DNA of 64,000 nt. Source: Nitrospirota bacterium. GTDB lineage: Bacteria; Nitrospirota; Thermodesulfovibrionia; Thermodesulfovibrionales; Dissulfurispiraceae. Under the pieces are notes generated by a model. It was not told the DNA's origin. It saw nothing but the letters and a program-made list of their open reading frames with translations, and did not search any database. Location: positions 1-64,000 of the forward strand of contig CAVPZX010000006.1 of NCBI GenBank assembly GCA_963710375.1. Reading direction: 5' to 3'. Shown piece by piece: positions 30,351 through 39,153 of the stretch (positions are counted from its first letter, which is position 1; each line of letters opens with the position of its first letter). The translations under genes and the position numbers were made by a program.

Positions 30351-31644
30351 GGAGTTTGGCTCGCCCCTTGGAAAGTACAGATTGCTTTTTCAGTCCATCG
30401 GCTGTGTAGACATTCCGGGGGTTCCAGAGCATCCAGCCGTCGGCGCCGAACTCATCTGCAGCTTTTATCTGGGACCGTATTTCACCGCCATTGAAATGCC
30501 TTTTGTCGAAGGCATAATCCTTGAATGCCTGCAGCCACGGCCTGAACCTGACCGGTGCGATCTGTGTACGCTCCCTTGATTTTTTCAGCGAGAGATAGAC
30601 TATTTCATACGGGTGTGCAACGGGGTTTCTGTAGCCCGGGATTCCGAACTGGAAACCTGAAGGATAAAGCATGAGTGAAATGTAATCAACACAGGGCGCA
30701 ATCGTGTCAAGGCGCTGTCCTATTTGCGTATCATTAAGGTTCCAGGGCACGTAACCGAAAATATCGGCAGCAACAAAAACATTATACGGAGCAAGCCTCC
30801 GACGGGCTTCCATAAGAAAACCGGATATATATTTCACCCGGTTCTCCTCGTCGTTCGGCACGGAGAACTTAAGTCCTTTCTTGTCAGGGAACCTCACATA
30901 GTCAAATTGTATCTCATCAAAACCGTTCCGGGCTGCTTCAACAGCAATATTGATATTGTAATCCCATACTGCACGCTTCGAAGGGTCCAGCCAAATGAGA
31001 TTCTCCCTGTCCCTCCATATTCCACCGTCCTGAGACCTGACGGCAAGGTCCGGCCTGGCTGTACCCAGCACATCATCTTTAAACACAACAATACGCGCTA
31101 TCGTATAAATACCCTTTTCTTTAAGCGATTGAAGCAGGCCTTTTATATCTTTTACGATCACCTGTCTCTGAGCGCCAACTTGAGAGACAAGTGGGATATC
31201 ACTTCTATAGGTGACAATTCCCCTGTCTCCCTTAACGTCAATTACCAAAGCATTAAGCTCGGTCTCTCCAATCAGCTTTAGCGCCGCCCCGCGCAGCGTC
31301 CTGTCCCCTATGCCATAATAAGTGAGATACAGGGCCCTTGGTGTAAAAGGCCTCAACCTGATTTCAACCGGCGCAGTCATAAGTGATGGGACAACAGCCT
31401 GATCGGCTCTCAGGTATCCGCAAGCTCTCACTGCTATTGCAGTTCCGTTCCCTTTAAGAACAAACCTGCCGTTTTCATCGGTCCGGACAACTTCATCATT
31501 CATAGTTACCAGAGCTCCGCTAACAGGCTTTTGCGTGTAGGCATCGGCAACCCATCCCGTAGTATGTCCCATCGCGTAGGAGGGGATAAATACAAACAGT
31601 ACTGCTATTAAGAAGATGGCCTGCCTTCCGTTGCTGTTACCCAT
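30337..31644 (-). CDS. Putative glycoside hydrolase (DUF4015-like) with N-terminal beta-sandwich
   Basis: NALVIDVK, IARIVVFKD, GFDEIQFDYVRFP, MLYPS, RPWLQAF; GAGGTG SD. Confidence 0.75.
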   Translation of the reverse strand: MGNSNGRQAIFLIAVLFVFIPSYAMGHTTGWVADAYTQKPVSGALVTMNDEVVRTDENGRFVLKGNGTAIAVRACGYLRADQAVVPSLMTAPVEIRLRPFTPRALYLTYYGIGDRTLRGAALKLIGETELNALVIDVKGDRGIVTYRSDIPLVSQVGAQRQVIVKDIKGLLQSLKEKGIYTIARIVVFKDDVLGTARPDLAVRSQDGGIWRDRENLIWLDPSKRAVWDYNINIAVEAARNGFDEIQFDYVRFPDKKGLKFSVPNDEENRVKYISGFLMEARRRLAPYNVFVAADIFGYVPWNLNDTQIGQRLDTIAPCVDYISLMLYPSGFQFGIPGYRNPVAHPYEIVYLSLKKSRERTQIAPVRFRPWLQAFKDYAFDKRHFNGGEIRSQIKAADEFGADGWMLWNPRNVYTADGLKKQSVLSKGRAKLHGPG

Positions 31645-31729
31645 GGTATTTATCACCTCGTTATTATTAATCTTATTAAGCAACCAATTATTAACATCGG
31701 CAAAAAAACATAAAACTTTAAATTAATTT

Positions 31730-32527
31730 TCAGGGAGACTTCCCCTCAACAATTGCGGCAAAAGCCTTGCCGCTATCCTTATTTCTCATCAAATAACGGG
31801 GAAGCTCCATTATTTTGTCCGAATTCCTTACTGGGCGACGCTCTATGGTGAAAGCAGCCACATAGCCAGCCGCCTTGGCCTTCCCGACAAGCTGGTCGTC
31901 ATAAATCCCGAAGGGCCAGGCAAGCATGTTTATCGTACCGCCCAGTTCCTTCCCTAGTTTCTCTTTTGACTTCTTGAGCTGCATATCCACAAACTTGTCA
32001 TATTCGGCAGGGGAAAGCCTTTTTTTCTCTATTTTGAAATTGGGGTGCCAGTAGGTGTGTCCCTGTAGATCGAACAGTCCGGTCCTCTTCAAATCCCTTA
32101 TCTGGTCCCATGTCATCGCATACGATGCGTTGGATATTGCCGAGGGGTAGAGAAAGAGAGTCACCGGTACGCGATACTTCTTGATCAGGGGGAGCATGTA
32201 GGTGTAAACCGTTTTATGGCCGTCATCGGCAACAATCACCACCGCTTTTGACGGCAGCGGAGTTGCCCTATTTCCCCGGCAGTAATCGACAAGCCGGCTG
32301 AGGGGGATAACCGTATAACCATTGTCTTTAAGGTACTTCAGATGTGATTCGAATACGGCGGTTGTAACAGTCATGCTGTCGGCAACGGCAGGACCAAAAC
32401 GGTGATAAAGGAGAATAGATACCCCTGCAGCCTGGGAAGTATCCTTCTTGTCTTTAACGGCCCCTTCTGCCGGCGGCAGACCTAACAGAAGGGCACTTAT
32501 CAATAAAAGCAGAAAACTTTTTTTCAC
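31730..32527 (-). CDS. Polysaccharide deacetylase, exported
   Basis: ILLYHRF, ADDG, GHTYWH, AWPFG. Confidence 0.85.
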   Translation of the reverse strand: MKKSFLLLLISALLLGLPPAEGAVKDKKDTSQAAGVSILLYHRFGPAVADSMTVTTAVFESHLKYLKDNGYTVIPLSRLVDYCRGNRATPLPSKAVVIVADDGHKTVYTYMLPLIKKYRVPVTLFLYPSAISNASYAMTWDQIRDLKRTGLFDLQGHTYWHPNFKIEKKRLSPAEYDKFVDMQLKKSKEKLGKELGGTINMLAWPFGIYDDQLVGKAKAAGYVAAFTIERRPVRNSDKIMELPRYLMRNKDSGKAFAAIVEGKSP

Positions 32528-32635
32528 TCTTACCCAGCTAAACCATTATCCCGCCCGCATCTCACTCCAATAATAAACGAACTGCAAACTACAGTAGATA
32601 TTATACTCGCTCCGTCTATAAATAACAAAAAAATT

Positions 32636-32749
32636 GAAGGTGTGAACTTGAGAAGCTGTGAAGATGAGAGTCAAACAGAAGTTGTGAAGATGTGAAGTTG
32701 TGAAGTTGGGATTTTGCTCATCTTCGCATTATCACATCGTCGCACCTTC
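32636..32749. repeat. Octamer-based imperfect palindromic repeat
   Basis: TGTGAAG(A/T) arrays followed by degenerate complements (CATCTTCGCA...CACCTTC). Confidence 0.6.
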
Positions 32750-32835
32750 GGTTTTTTTGCACTGCATTGTCTTGCGGGACAAACAGTGATAATTTTGCTA
32801 TACTGTTAAAAAGAACTTTAGCATAAGGAGGATCT

Positions 32836-33057
32836 ATGGCAGTAAAAAAAGTTAAAAAGACTGCAAAGGCTTCGGTGTCGTCCAGAGCAAAAAAAGCTGT
32901 AAAAAAGAGTTCCCCCAAAAAACAGAAAGAGCTTAAAACCGGTGCGCGTTATTCGTGTGATGTCTGCGGGCTCACGATGAGCGTGGACAATCCATGCCAG
33001 TGCCAGGATTTTTGCGATATTATCTGCTGCGGGGAACAGATGAAACCGGCAAAATAA
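32836..33057 (+). CDS. Small protein: Lys-rich N-terminus plus desulforedoxin-like Cys motif
   Basis: AAGGAGG SD; YSCDVCG...CQC...ICCGEQMK. Confidence 0.7.
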   Translation: MAVKKVKKTAKASVSSRAKKAVKKSSPKKQKELKTGARYSCDVCGLTMSVDNPCQCQDFCDIICCGEQMKPAK

Positions 33058-33085
33058 TAGTAATGCTGCATCAGTTCTATAAAAC

Positions 33086-33111
33086 AAGGCGGACATAGTT
33101 ATGTCCGCCTT
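33086..33111. terminator. Hairpin terminator between convergent genes
   Basis: AAGGCGGACATA-GT-TATGTCCGCCTT. Confidence 0.7.
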
Positions 33112-33141
33112 TCTCTTGAGAAGCAGGTGTATGATCGGATA

Positions 33142-33342
33142 TTACGCTTTCACTACATTGACTGCTTTAGGACCTTTGGGGCCTTTTTCAATATCAAAGC
33201 TGACCGATTCACCTTCAGCCAGCGATTTAAAGCCGTTGCCCTGAATGGATGTGTGGTGGACGAAAACATCGGTACCATCTTCGCTGGTAATAAAGCCGTA
33301 CCCCTTGGCATCATTGAACCATTTAACTGTTCCTTTTGGCAT
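33142..33342 (-). CDS. cspA: Cold-shock protein (CspA family)
   Basis: [16 protein letters not shown] and DVFVH RNP motifs. Confidence 0.95.
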   Translation of the reverse strand: MPKGTVKWFNDAKGYGFITSEDGTDVFVHHTSIQGNGFKSLAEGESVSFDIEKGPKGPKAVNVVKA

Positions 33343-33500
33343 CTTTTTAACCTCCTTACATATGAACTAAAATCTCAGCAGACGCATTAAAAAAGCCACA
33401 AAGCTAAAAGTCTTTGTGGCCTCGCGCACTCAAAAACTTCTGAAACTTCATACGAATGATGACATGTTCAACAACAAAAGTCAATAGGTTATAATTAGCT

Positions 33501-33776
33501 ATGGGCGACCTTTCAAAAGAATTTGTTGTTTCTTTTTTCGATAAGCAACTATCTATGCACGGCGATAGACCTGCGGCGCTCAGGTGGTCGCAGGCGGGGC
33601 AGCGGCTGCATTACGAAAGTCTTCTCGATATAGGGGATATCAACGGCAGCAGGATTCTCGATTACGGATGCGGAAAAGGGGATTTTCACCAGTTCCTGCA
33701 AGACAGGGGTATCCACGTAGAATATTCAGGTTTGGATATTAATGAGAAGCTTATTGCTCTGGCAAAGACGGCCTAA
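33501..33776 (+). pseudogene. Truncated class I SAM methyltransferase
   Basis: ILDYGCGKG and GLDINE, then the sequence switches into a MITE fragment that supplies the stop. Confidence 0.7.
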
Positions 33777-33818
33777 ATCTGAGATGCATCAATGTGCAAG
33801 TTATTTATTCGCGAGCCC
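33761..33818. mobile_element. MITE family A, partial copy 3 (58 bp)
   Basis: Matches 23749-23806 with 2 mismatches. Confidence 0.8.
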
Positions 33819-33828
33819 AAAAAAGAAA

Positions 33829-33902
33829 TCGGGGCGAGAGGATTTGAACCTCCGACTCCACGGTCCCGAACCGTGTGCGCTACCAGGCTGCGCTACGCCC
33901 CG
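33829..33902 (-). tRNA. tRNA-Pro(CGG), CCA not encoded
   Basis: CGGGGCG acceptor stem, CACGG-TTCGGGA-CCGTG anticodon arm, GTTCAAAT T-loop. Confidence 0.95.
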
Positions 33903-33905
33903 TGT

Positions 33906-36293
33906 TTATACGTTTTCGACCATCTCCCAAATGCCGCAGGGACAGATGCCTGCGCAGAAGCTGCAACCTATACACTTATCCTCATCGACCACATATTCAT
34001 ATGCCCCGCCTTCATGCTCGATTCTGCTTATAGCCCCCCAGTAACAGGTGGCCTCGCACATATGGCAATCCCGGCACGTAGCGCATGACATGCATTTGTT
34101 CGCCTCTTTTTCAGGCTGGAAATCTCCTGTGCAAACGTCATAGTATTCCTTCTTAATACGCTCGTAAGGAATGACCTGTTTAACCTCCGGCTGGCGAGGA
34201 GCGTGCATCAACTGATAGTGTATGGTTTCCGCGGCAAGTCTCCCCTGCCCGATGGCATGAGTTACAAGCCCGAGACTTGTAGCATCACCTATTGCAAATA
34301 CTTTGACATCAGAGGTCTGGCCGATCTCATTGACCGCGACCCAGCCCTTTTCAGTGTGGACTCCTGGCGGCAGAAAGTCGAGTATGGGTACGTCGCCAAC
34401 GGAAATGACCAAAAGGTCTGCTTCGAGTGATGAGCCGTCCTTGAAATAGAGTTTTTTCTCCTCATTGCTGTACCGGTCGGAGAATTTGGGCCAAAGGATT
34501 TGAGTCCCCTTGGAAATTGCAGTTTCCATTTCCTTACCGAATGCCGCGGGCTTTTGTATGTCTACTGCTATCACAGAATCGGCGCCGTAATTATATGCCT
34601 CGGAAGCTGCATCCATGCCGACATTGCCAGCTCCGATCACCACCACTTTCCGCCCTTTCAGGTCAGGGAATTTCCCGCTGTTAATGTCCCTGAGAAAGTC
34701 ATATGCGGATATTGCGTGCTCAGAGCCTGGAAAGGCAATGACCCGCGGTTTGTTGGCGCCGACTGCAACCACAACCAGTTCGTGGTTTTTATAAATTTCA
34801 TCAAATTCGTTCCTGTCTACCTGCGTGTTCAAGTGGACGTTCACCCCAAGCTCATTGAAACGAGAAAGCTCCTTTTCGAGTATATTATGAGGCAGGCGCT
34901 CTCTCGGAATGCAAAGTTCGATCTTGCCGCCAAGTTTACCGGTCGATTCATAGAGGTCAACAGTATGGCCTTTCAGGGCGAGCTGCCAGGCCGCACTGAG
35001 ACCTGCAGGACCACCGCCGATGACTGCCACTGTGTGGCTTGTCGGTTTCTCTTTTTGGGGAACAGGCAGATCCAGGGCAAGACTGCCCAGCTTATCTATC
35101 TGCAAAGGCTTGTCAATCTGTCCCCTGGTACAGCTCTGCATGCAGAGGTTGGGGCAAATCTGGCCGCACACTGTTGCGGGAAGAGGGCTGTAACGCAGCA
35201 CCAGTTCAAGGGCTTCCTGGAGCAGACCCTGCCGTATCAATGTTGCCCTTTTGTGAGACGGGATACGGGTCGGGCATGCATACACACACGGTGGATTATA
35301 TTTTTCATTTGTCCATACAGGTTTGTTCCGCCTGTTGGCTCCGGTAGTGATATAAGGGAGCAGCGTAAGTTCATGATCGAGATATTCGGCAAAGATACCG
35401 CCCGGTCCTGTCTCCTTTTCCCACATGTTCTTCCTGAAATCGGAGGTCAACATCTTTAGCCATTTCCTGGACCGTTTCTCCTGTGGTGTATAGGCCATGA
35501 GTTTTTTCCAATCTCCGGCTGAGCGCGTCAACTCGTCGTAGTAGGACATCCGGCCAATGGCTTCGAGGTATGGCTTCATATTCGTCTTGAGCCATTCCCA
35601 ATCCTGCGGTGCAAGGTCGAGAAGCTTTACGTCCTTCTCGCTGTATCCCTGTATCGGACCGCGGAAATAGATAGTGCCGCCCACCATCCCCACGCACGGG
35701 CGATAACCGAGGATATTTTCAGGATTTCTGGAATTGACACCGCACACTACTGCAATGCCGCCGGCCTTGAACTCTGCAAAGGAATCCCCCACATTCCTGA
35801 AGTACCACGATTGTGGAGGATCAAGGCGGGGATTGTGCTTTGTCATGGTGTCGCACCGTGCGCCGCCGCTGCCCTGCACATACAATATGCCCTGGGCAGC
35901 AGCATTGAAGGCGCCGTTAGTGACGTCACCCAACACCGTTATCTTTGCTCCGCAGTTAAGCCATCCTACATCATCGGAGGCACTTCCTTTTACGAGAATC
36001 TCTGTACCCGGCATTCCCATGCTGCCGAGTCGTTGCCCGGATGTGCCTTCGACAGTAATTATTACCCTATGGCCTTTAGGCCAGATCCTGCCGCCTATGC
36101 CGTGCTGTCCATCAGCTATGATGCGAAACTCACGTGTATTGTCCAGCACCGCCTGCTGAATCTGTTCCTCAAGTATGCGGGAAGGTACTCTGTTGCCGTT
36201 CACAATACCTTTTATAGTGAAAATCCTATCATTTGCCTTTTGGCTTATGCCCCTAGCCCCTCTGCCATCTGACTTCTGTTTCTTAGCAGACAT
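33906..36293 (-). CDS. Glutamate synthase-related GXGXG domain fused to GltD-like FAD/NAD(P) oxidoreductase and ferredoxin domain
   Basis: GXGXG repeats, GGGPAG, GAGNVG, several Cys clusters. Confidence 0.85.
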   Translation of the reverse strand: MSAKKQKSDGRGARGISQKANDRIFTIKGIVNGNRVPSRILEEQIQQAVLDNTREFRIIADGQHGIGGRIWPKGHRVIITVEGTSGQRLGSMGMPGTEILVKGSASDDVGWLNCGAKITVLGDVTNGAFNAAAQGILYVQGSGGARCDTMTKHNPRLDPPQSWYFRNVGDSFAEFKAGGIAVVCGVNSRNPENILGYRPCVGMVGGTIYFRGPIQGYSEKDVKLLDLAPQDWEWLKTNMKPYLEAIGRMSYYDELTRSAGDWKKLMAYTPQEKRSRKWLKMLTSDFRKNMWEKETGPGGIFAEYLDHELTLLPYITTGANRRNKPVWTNEKYNPPCVYACPTRIPSHKRATLIRQGLLQEALELVLRYSPLPATVCGQICPNLCMQSCTRGQIDKPLQIDKLGSLALDLPVPQKEKPTSHTVAVIGGGPAGLSAAWQLALKGHTVDLYESTGKLGGKIELCIPRERLPHNILEKELSRFNELGVNVHLNTQVDRNEFDEIYKNHELVVVAVGANKPRVIAFPGSEHAISAYDFLRDINSGKFPDLKGRKVVVIGAGNVGMDAASEAYNYGADSVIAVDIQKPAAFGKEMETAISKGTQILWPKFSDRYSNEEKKLYFKDGSSLEADLLVISVGDVPILDFLPPGVHTEKGWVAVNEIGQTSDVKVFAIGDATSLGLVTHAIGQGRLAAETIHYQLMHAPRQPEVKQVIPYERIKKEYYDVCTGDFQPEKEANKCMSCATCRDCHMCEATCYWGAISRIEHEGGAYEYVVDEDKCIGCSFCAGICPCGIWEMVENV

Positions 36294-37950
36294 AACTTAT
36301 CCCCAACCTCTCCGCCATTGCTTTATCGTCGATGCTCAATCCGTCGGACATGCCTATTGGAAGCTCTGTGCTCCTGCCCATAGGAGCAAATATCTTCCGC
36401 AGTTCAACATCGGCAGCCTTAAAGACCTCAACCACGCGCTCCGCAACTTTATCGGAATCAAGCCTGCGGTAAAGCTTCGGGTCCTGTGTGGTTATACCAC
36501 GAGGACATTTTCCTGTATTGCAGAGATTGCAGCGGTTGTATTCGTCGCCGAAGCAGTCGGCAGCAGACTGCATTATGTATTTACCGACAGCAACCGCAGA
36601 TGCGCCGAGCATGATGAGAGCAGCCGTATTTGCCGCCAGGTTGCCTTTTTTGCCCACGCCGCCGGCAGCTATCAGGGGAAGCTCATTCTGCTTGCCCTGT
36701 TTCACAAGGTCCAGATAACACTCGCGTATATTGGAGGCAATGGGATGGCCCATTTTGTCCATTGATACATTGTAGGCTGCACCGGTGCCACCGTCCTCGC
36801 CGTCTATCGAAAGGGCCGCTGCATATGGGTTCCGCGCAAGGTTGTTCAGAACCGCCTTGGCAGTCTTAGTGCCCGATATCTTAGGATACACAGGCACTCT
36901 GAAGCCCCACGCCATTGACATGGACTGGATCATCTTTGCCACTGCCTCTTCAATAGAGTACTTTGTCTGGTGAGTAGGAGGTGAAGCGAGATCGACAAAC
37001 TGCGGAACGCCGCGTATCTTCGAGATAAGTTTCAAAACCTTCTGCGCCATAAGCAGGCCCCCGTCTCCGGGCTTAGCACCCTGGCCGTATTTAATTTCAA
37101 TTGCCGCAGGGTCTTCGACCATGTCGGGGAGGGCATGTATGATTTCATCCCATCCGAAATAGCCCGAAGCGATCTGTATAATGAAATACTTGAGATATCT
37201 TGACCTCAGCAGCCGGGCCGGCATGCCGCCTTCACCAGATGCCATCACTACAGGCAGTCCTTCAACCTCGTTCAAATAGGCAACACCCATGGCCAGGCCT
37301 TCCCACATAGGCGGGGAAAGGGCTCCGATGGACATGCTCCCGATCATGATCGGGAATATCTCGCGTACAGGCGGAATGAACTTGCCGCTCTTTTTGTCTA
37401 TCCCGAGAACGCCGTTATGTTCGGTAAGCGGCATTTCCTCCGGCGGCAGTATTCTTCCCAACAGCGACCTTATTCGGAACTCGTGCCTACCGGCGTCGAG
37501 AGCAGGATCGGTAAGCATTGAAATCCTGGTAAATTTCAGTCTGTCGAGTGTCGATACGGAGGGATCGTTTCTCCTGCCGCCCCGCTTATAGGCATCACCG
37601 CCTTTATTCTTATAGTGGAGGAATTTATTTTGAAAGTTGAATTCCGGCTCTATAGCTTCATTGGGGCAAACCAGTGTGCAGGTTCCGCAGCCGGTGCAGT
37701 ATCGCTCAATGTCGGTCACCTGTTCTACAATGTGAGTGGTCATCCTTGCTGTTGTCGGAGTCGGCACTGGGCCTTCGGACCTGACAGTTCTCTGGACTTT
37801 AACTGCGGGTACGATAGCCTTGACCGGGCATACCGCAGTACAACTGCCGCACCGTTTGCAACGGTCATCCCGCCACCTGATTATATATGGGAACTCTCTC
37901 AGCGAGAGCTGATGATTATGGTCTAATATTGACCCTGCAGCTGGTTCCAT
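36283..37950 (-). CDS. Glutamate synthase FMN-binding subunit with two 4Fe-4S motifs
   Basis: MSIGALS, SGEGG, EIKYGQGAKPGDGG, DGEDGGTGA, CPRGITTQDP. Confidence 0.9.
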   Translation of the reverse strand: MEPAAGSILDHNHQLSLREFPYIIRWRDDRCKRCGSCTAVCPVKAIVPAVKVQRTVRSEGPVPTPTTARMTTHIVEQVTDIERYCTGCGTCTLVCPNEAIEPEFNFQNKFLHYKNKGGDAYKRGGRRNDPSVSTLDRLKFTRISMLTDPALDAGRHEFRIRSLLGRILPPEEMPLTEHNGVLGIDKKSGKFIPPVREIFPIMIGSMSIGALSPPMWEGLAMGVAYLNEVEGLPVVMASGEGGMPARLLRSRYLKYFIIQIASGYFGWDEIIHALPDMVEDPAAIEIKYGQGAKPGDGGLLMAQKVLKLISKIRGVPQFVDLASPPTHQTKYSIEEAVAKMIQSMSMAWGFRVPVYPKISGTKTAKAVLNNLARNPYAAALSIDGEDGGTGAAYNVSMDKMGHPIASNIRECYLDLVKQGKQNELPLIAAGGVGKKGNLAANTAALIMLGASAVAVGKYIMQSAADCFGDEYNRCNLCNTGKCPRGITTQDPKLYRRLDSDKVAERVVEVFKAADVELRKIFAPMGRSTELPIGMSDGLSIDDKAMAERLGISYVC

Positions 37951-39039
37951 ACCTTTACCTCCTCTGCCTGCGGTGAAACGATTACCATATCGTATTTCAT
38001 CGGGAATATGTCTTTGCTCCTGTCCCGTTTGGGCACCGCACTGTCAACTCCGCATTCTTCGGACATTAATGCATATCTTCCTTTTGCGCCGCCCACTGTG
38101 CCTGGCCTCAGCTTTTTTGAGTCGTGTACCATGAAGCAGGCCCCGTCGGGGGTGAAGCCTATGATAACGTTCGGCCCGTCTATGCAGAGTGAGCGCATAG
38201 ATTGCTTCATTAGTCTCAGTGCATCCCTGTCGGGCCGCTGCTCAATCTCGGCTGATTTGAGGGGGGTTATAATATCTTTATAATAAGGCGTCGGCAGATG
38301 CAGGCTGCCTTACCGCATAATGCAGTATATGGGTAAACACCTCGCTGTCGCTATTATACCCCATGTACCCGGGAAAGCCCCTGCTCGAAAGAAATTCCCT
38401 TATGGGTACAAAAGCGGTATTTTCGCCATTTGTCATGGAGCAAAAACCCTGTATGAAGAAAGGATGACAGGCATAAAGATAAATTGCGTAGTTGGTGTTC
38501 TGTCTTCCCTGGGCAAGAATGATTTTGGCTTTAAGCCTGTCATCGTCAAGCCCCCAAAAGGCGGCTACCTGGAGCGGGTCACCCACCTCTTTCAGAGTAA
38601 GAACGTCCGGATAAAACGAAAAGACGAATATCGACTCATCGGGCTCGCCGATTTTCCGGAGCGCCAGGCGCGTATCCATGAGAAGGTCCTCTTTTTCCCG
38701 GAACGGTTTGTTTCTAAGGGCAGCAGGATAGTCATAGGCGCGAGCAAAATAATTATCGCGGGCCGTGATCCCTTTCACCTGTGTTATTTTAGGTTTCCAT
38801 TCATACTTAAGGGTAAAGCCCTTCTTTTTCATGAACTCGTCAAGAGTCTTTTTGCCGGACATGGAGCAGATGCCTGACATTACCGGAAATTTCTTCAGTT
38901 TCTCGAACGCCCCGCCGAGGTCTTTGAGCGTGAGGCCGAGGCCGGAGCCGTCATGCCCTTCTTTCATTGTTTCGAGGGCGAGAATTGGCTCCATAGGCGA
39001 GATGTACTCATTTGATGTGATAGCGGCAAGTCTGCACAT
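37923..39039 (-). CDS. Class II glutamine amidotransferase subunit of glutamate synthase; apparent frameshift at about 38304
   Basis: N-terminal MCR, HPF, NGE, DSE; removing one base gives VRQLHLPTPYYKDIITPL and joins ORF 37923..38210. Confidence 0.85.
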
Positions 39040-39153
39040 ATCTTTAAACCTTCTTTATCTCTAAATGTGCCTTAAATGTCTGATATTTAAAGCCCGTCTT
39101 AACATTTTAAAATTTTGGCTGGTGATAAGTCAAACTGTGGTATTCTATGCATT

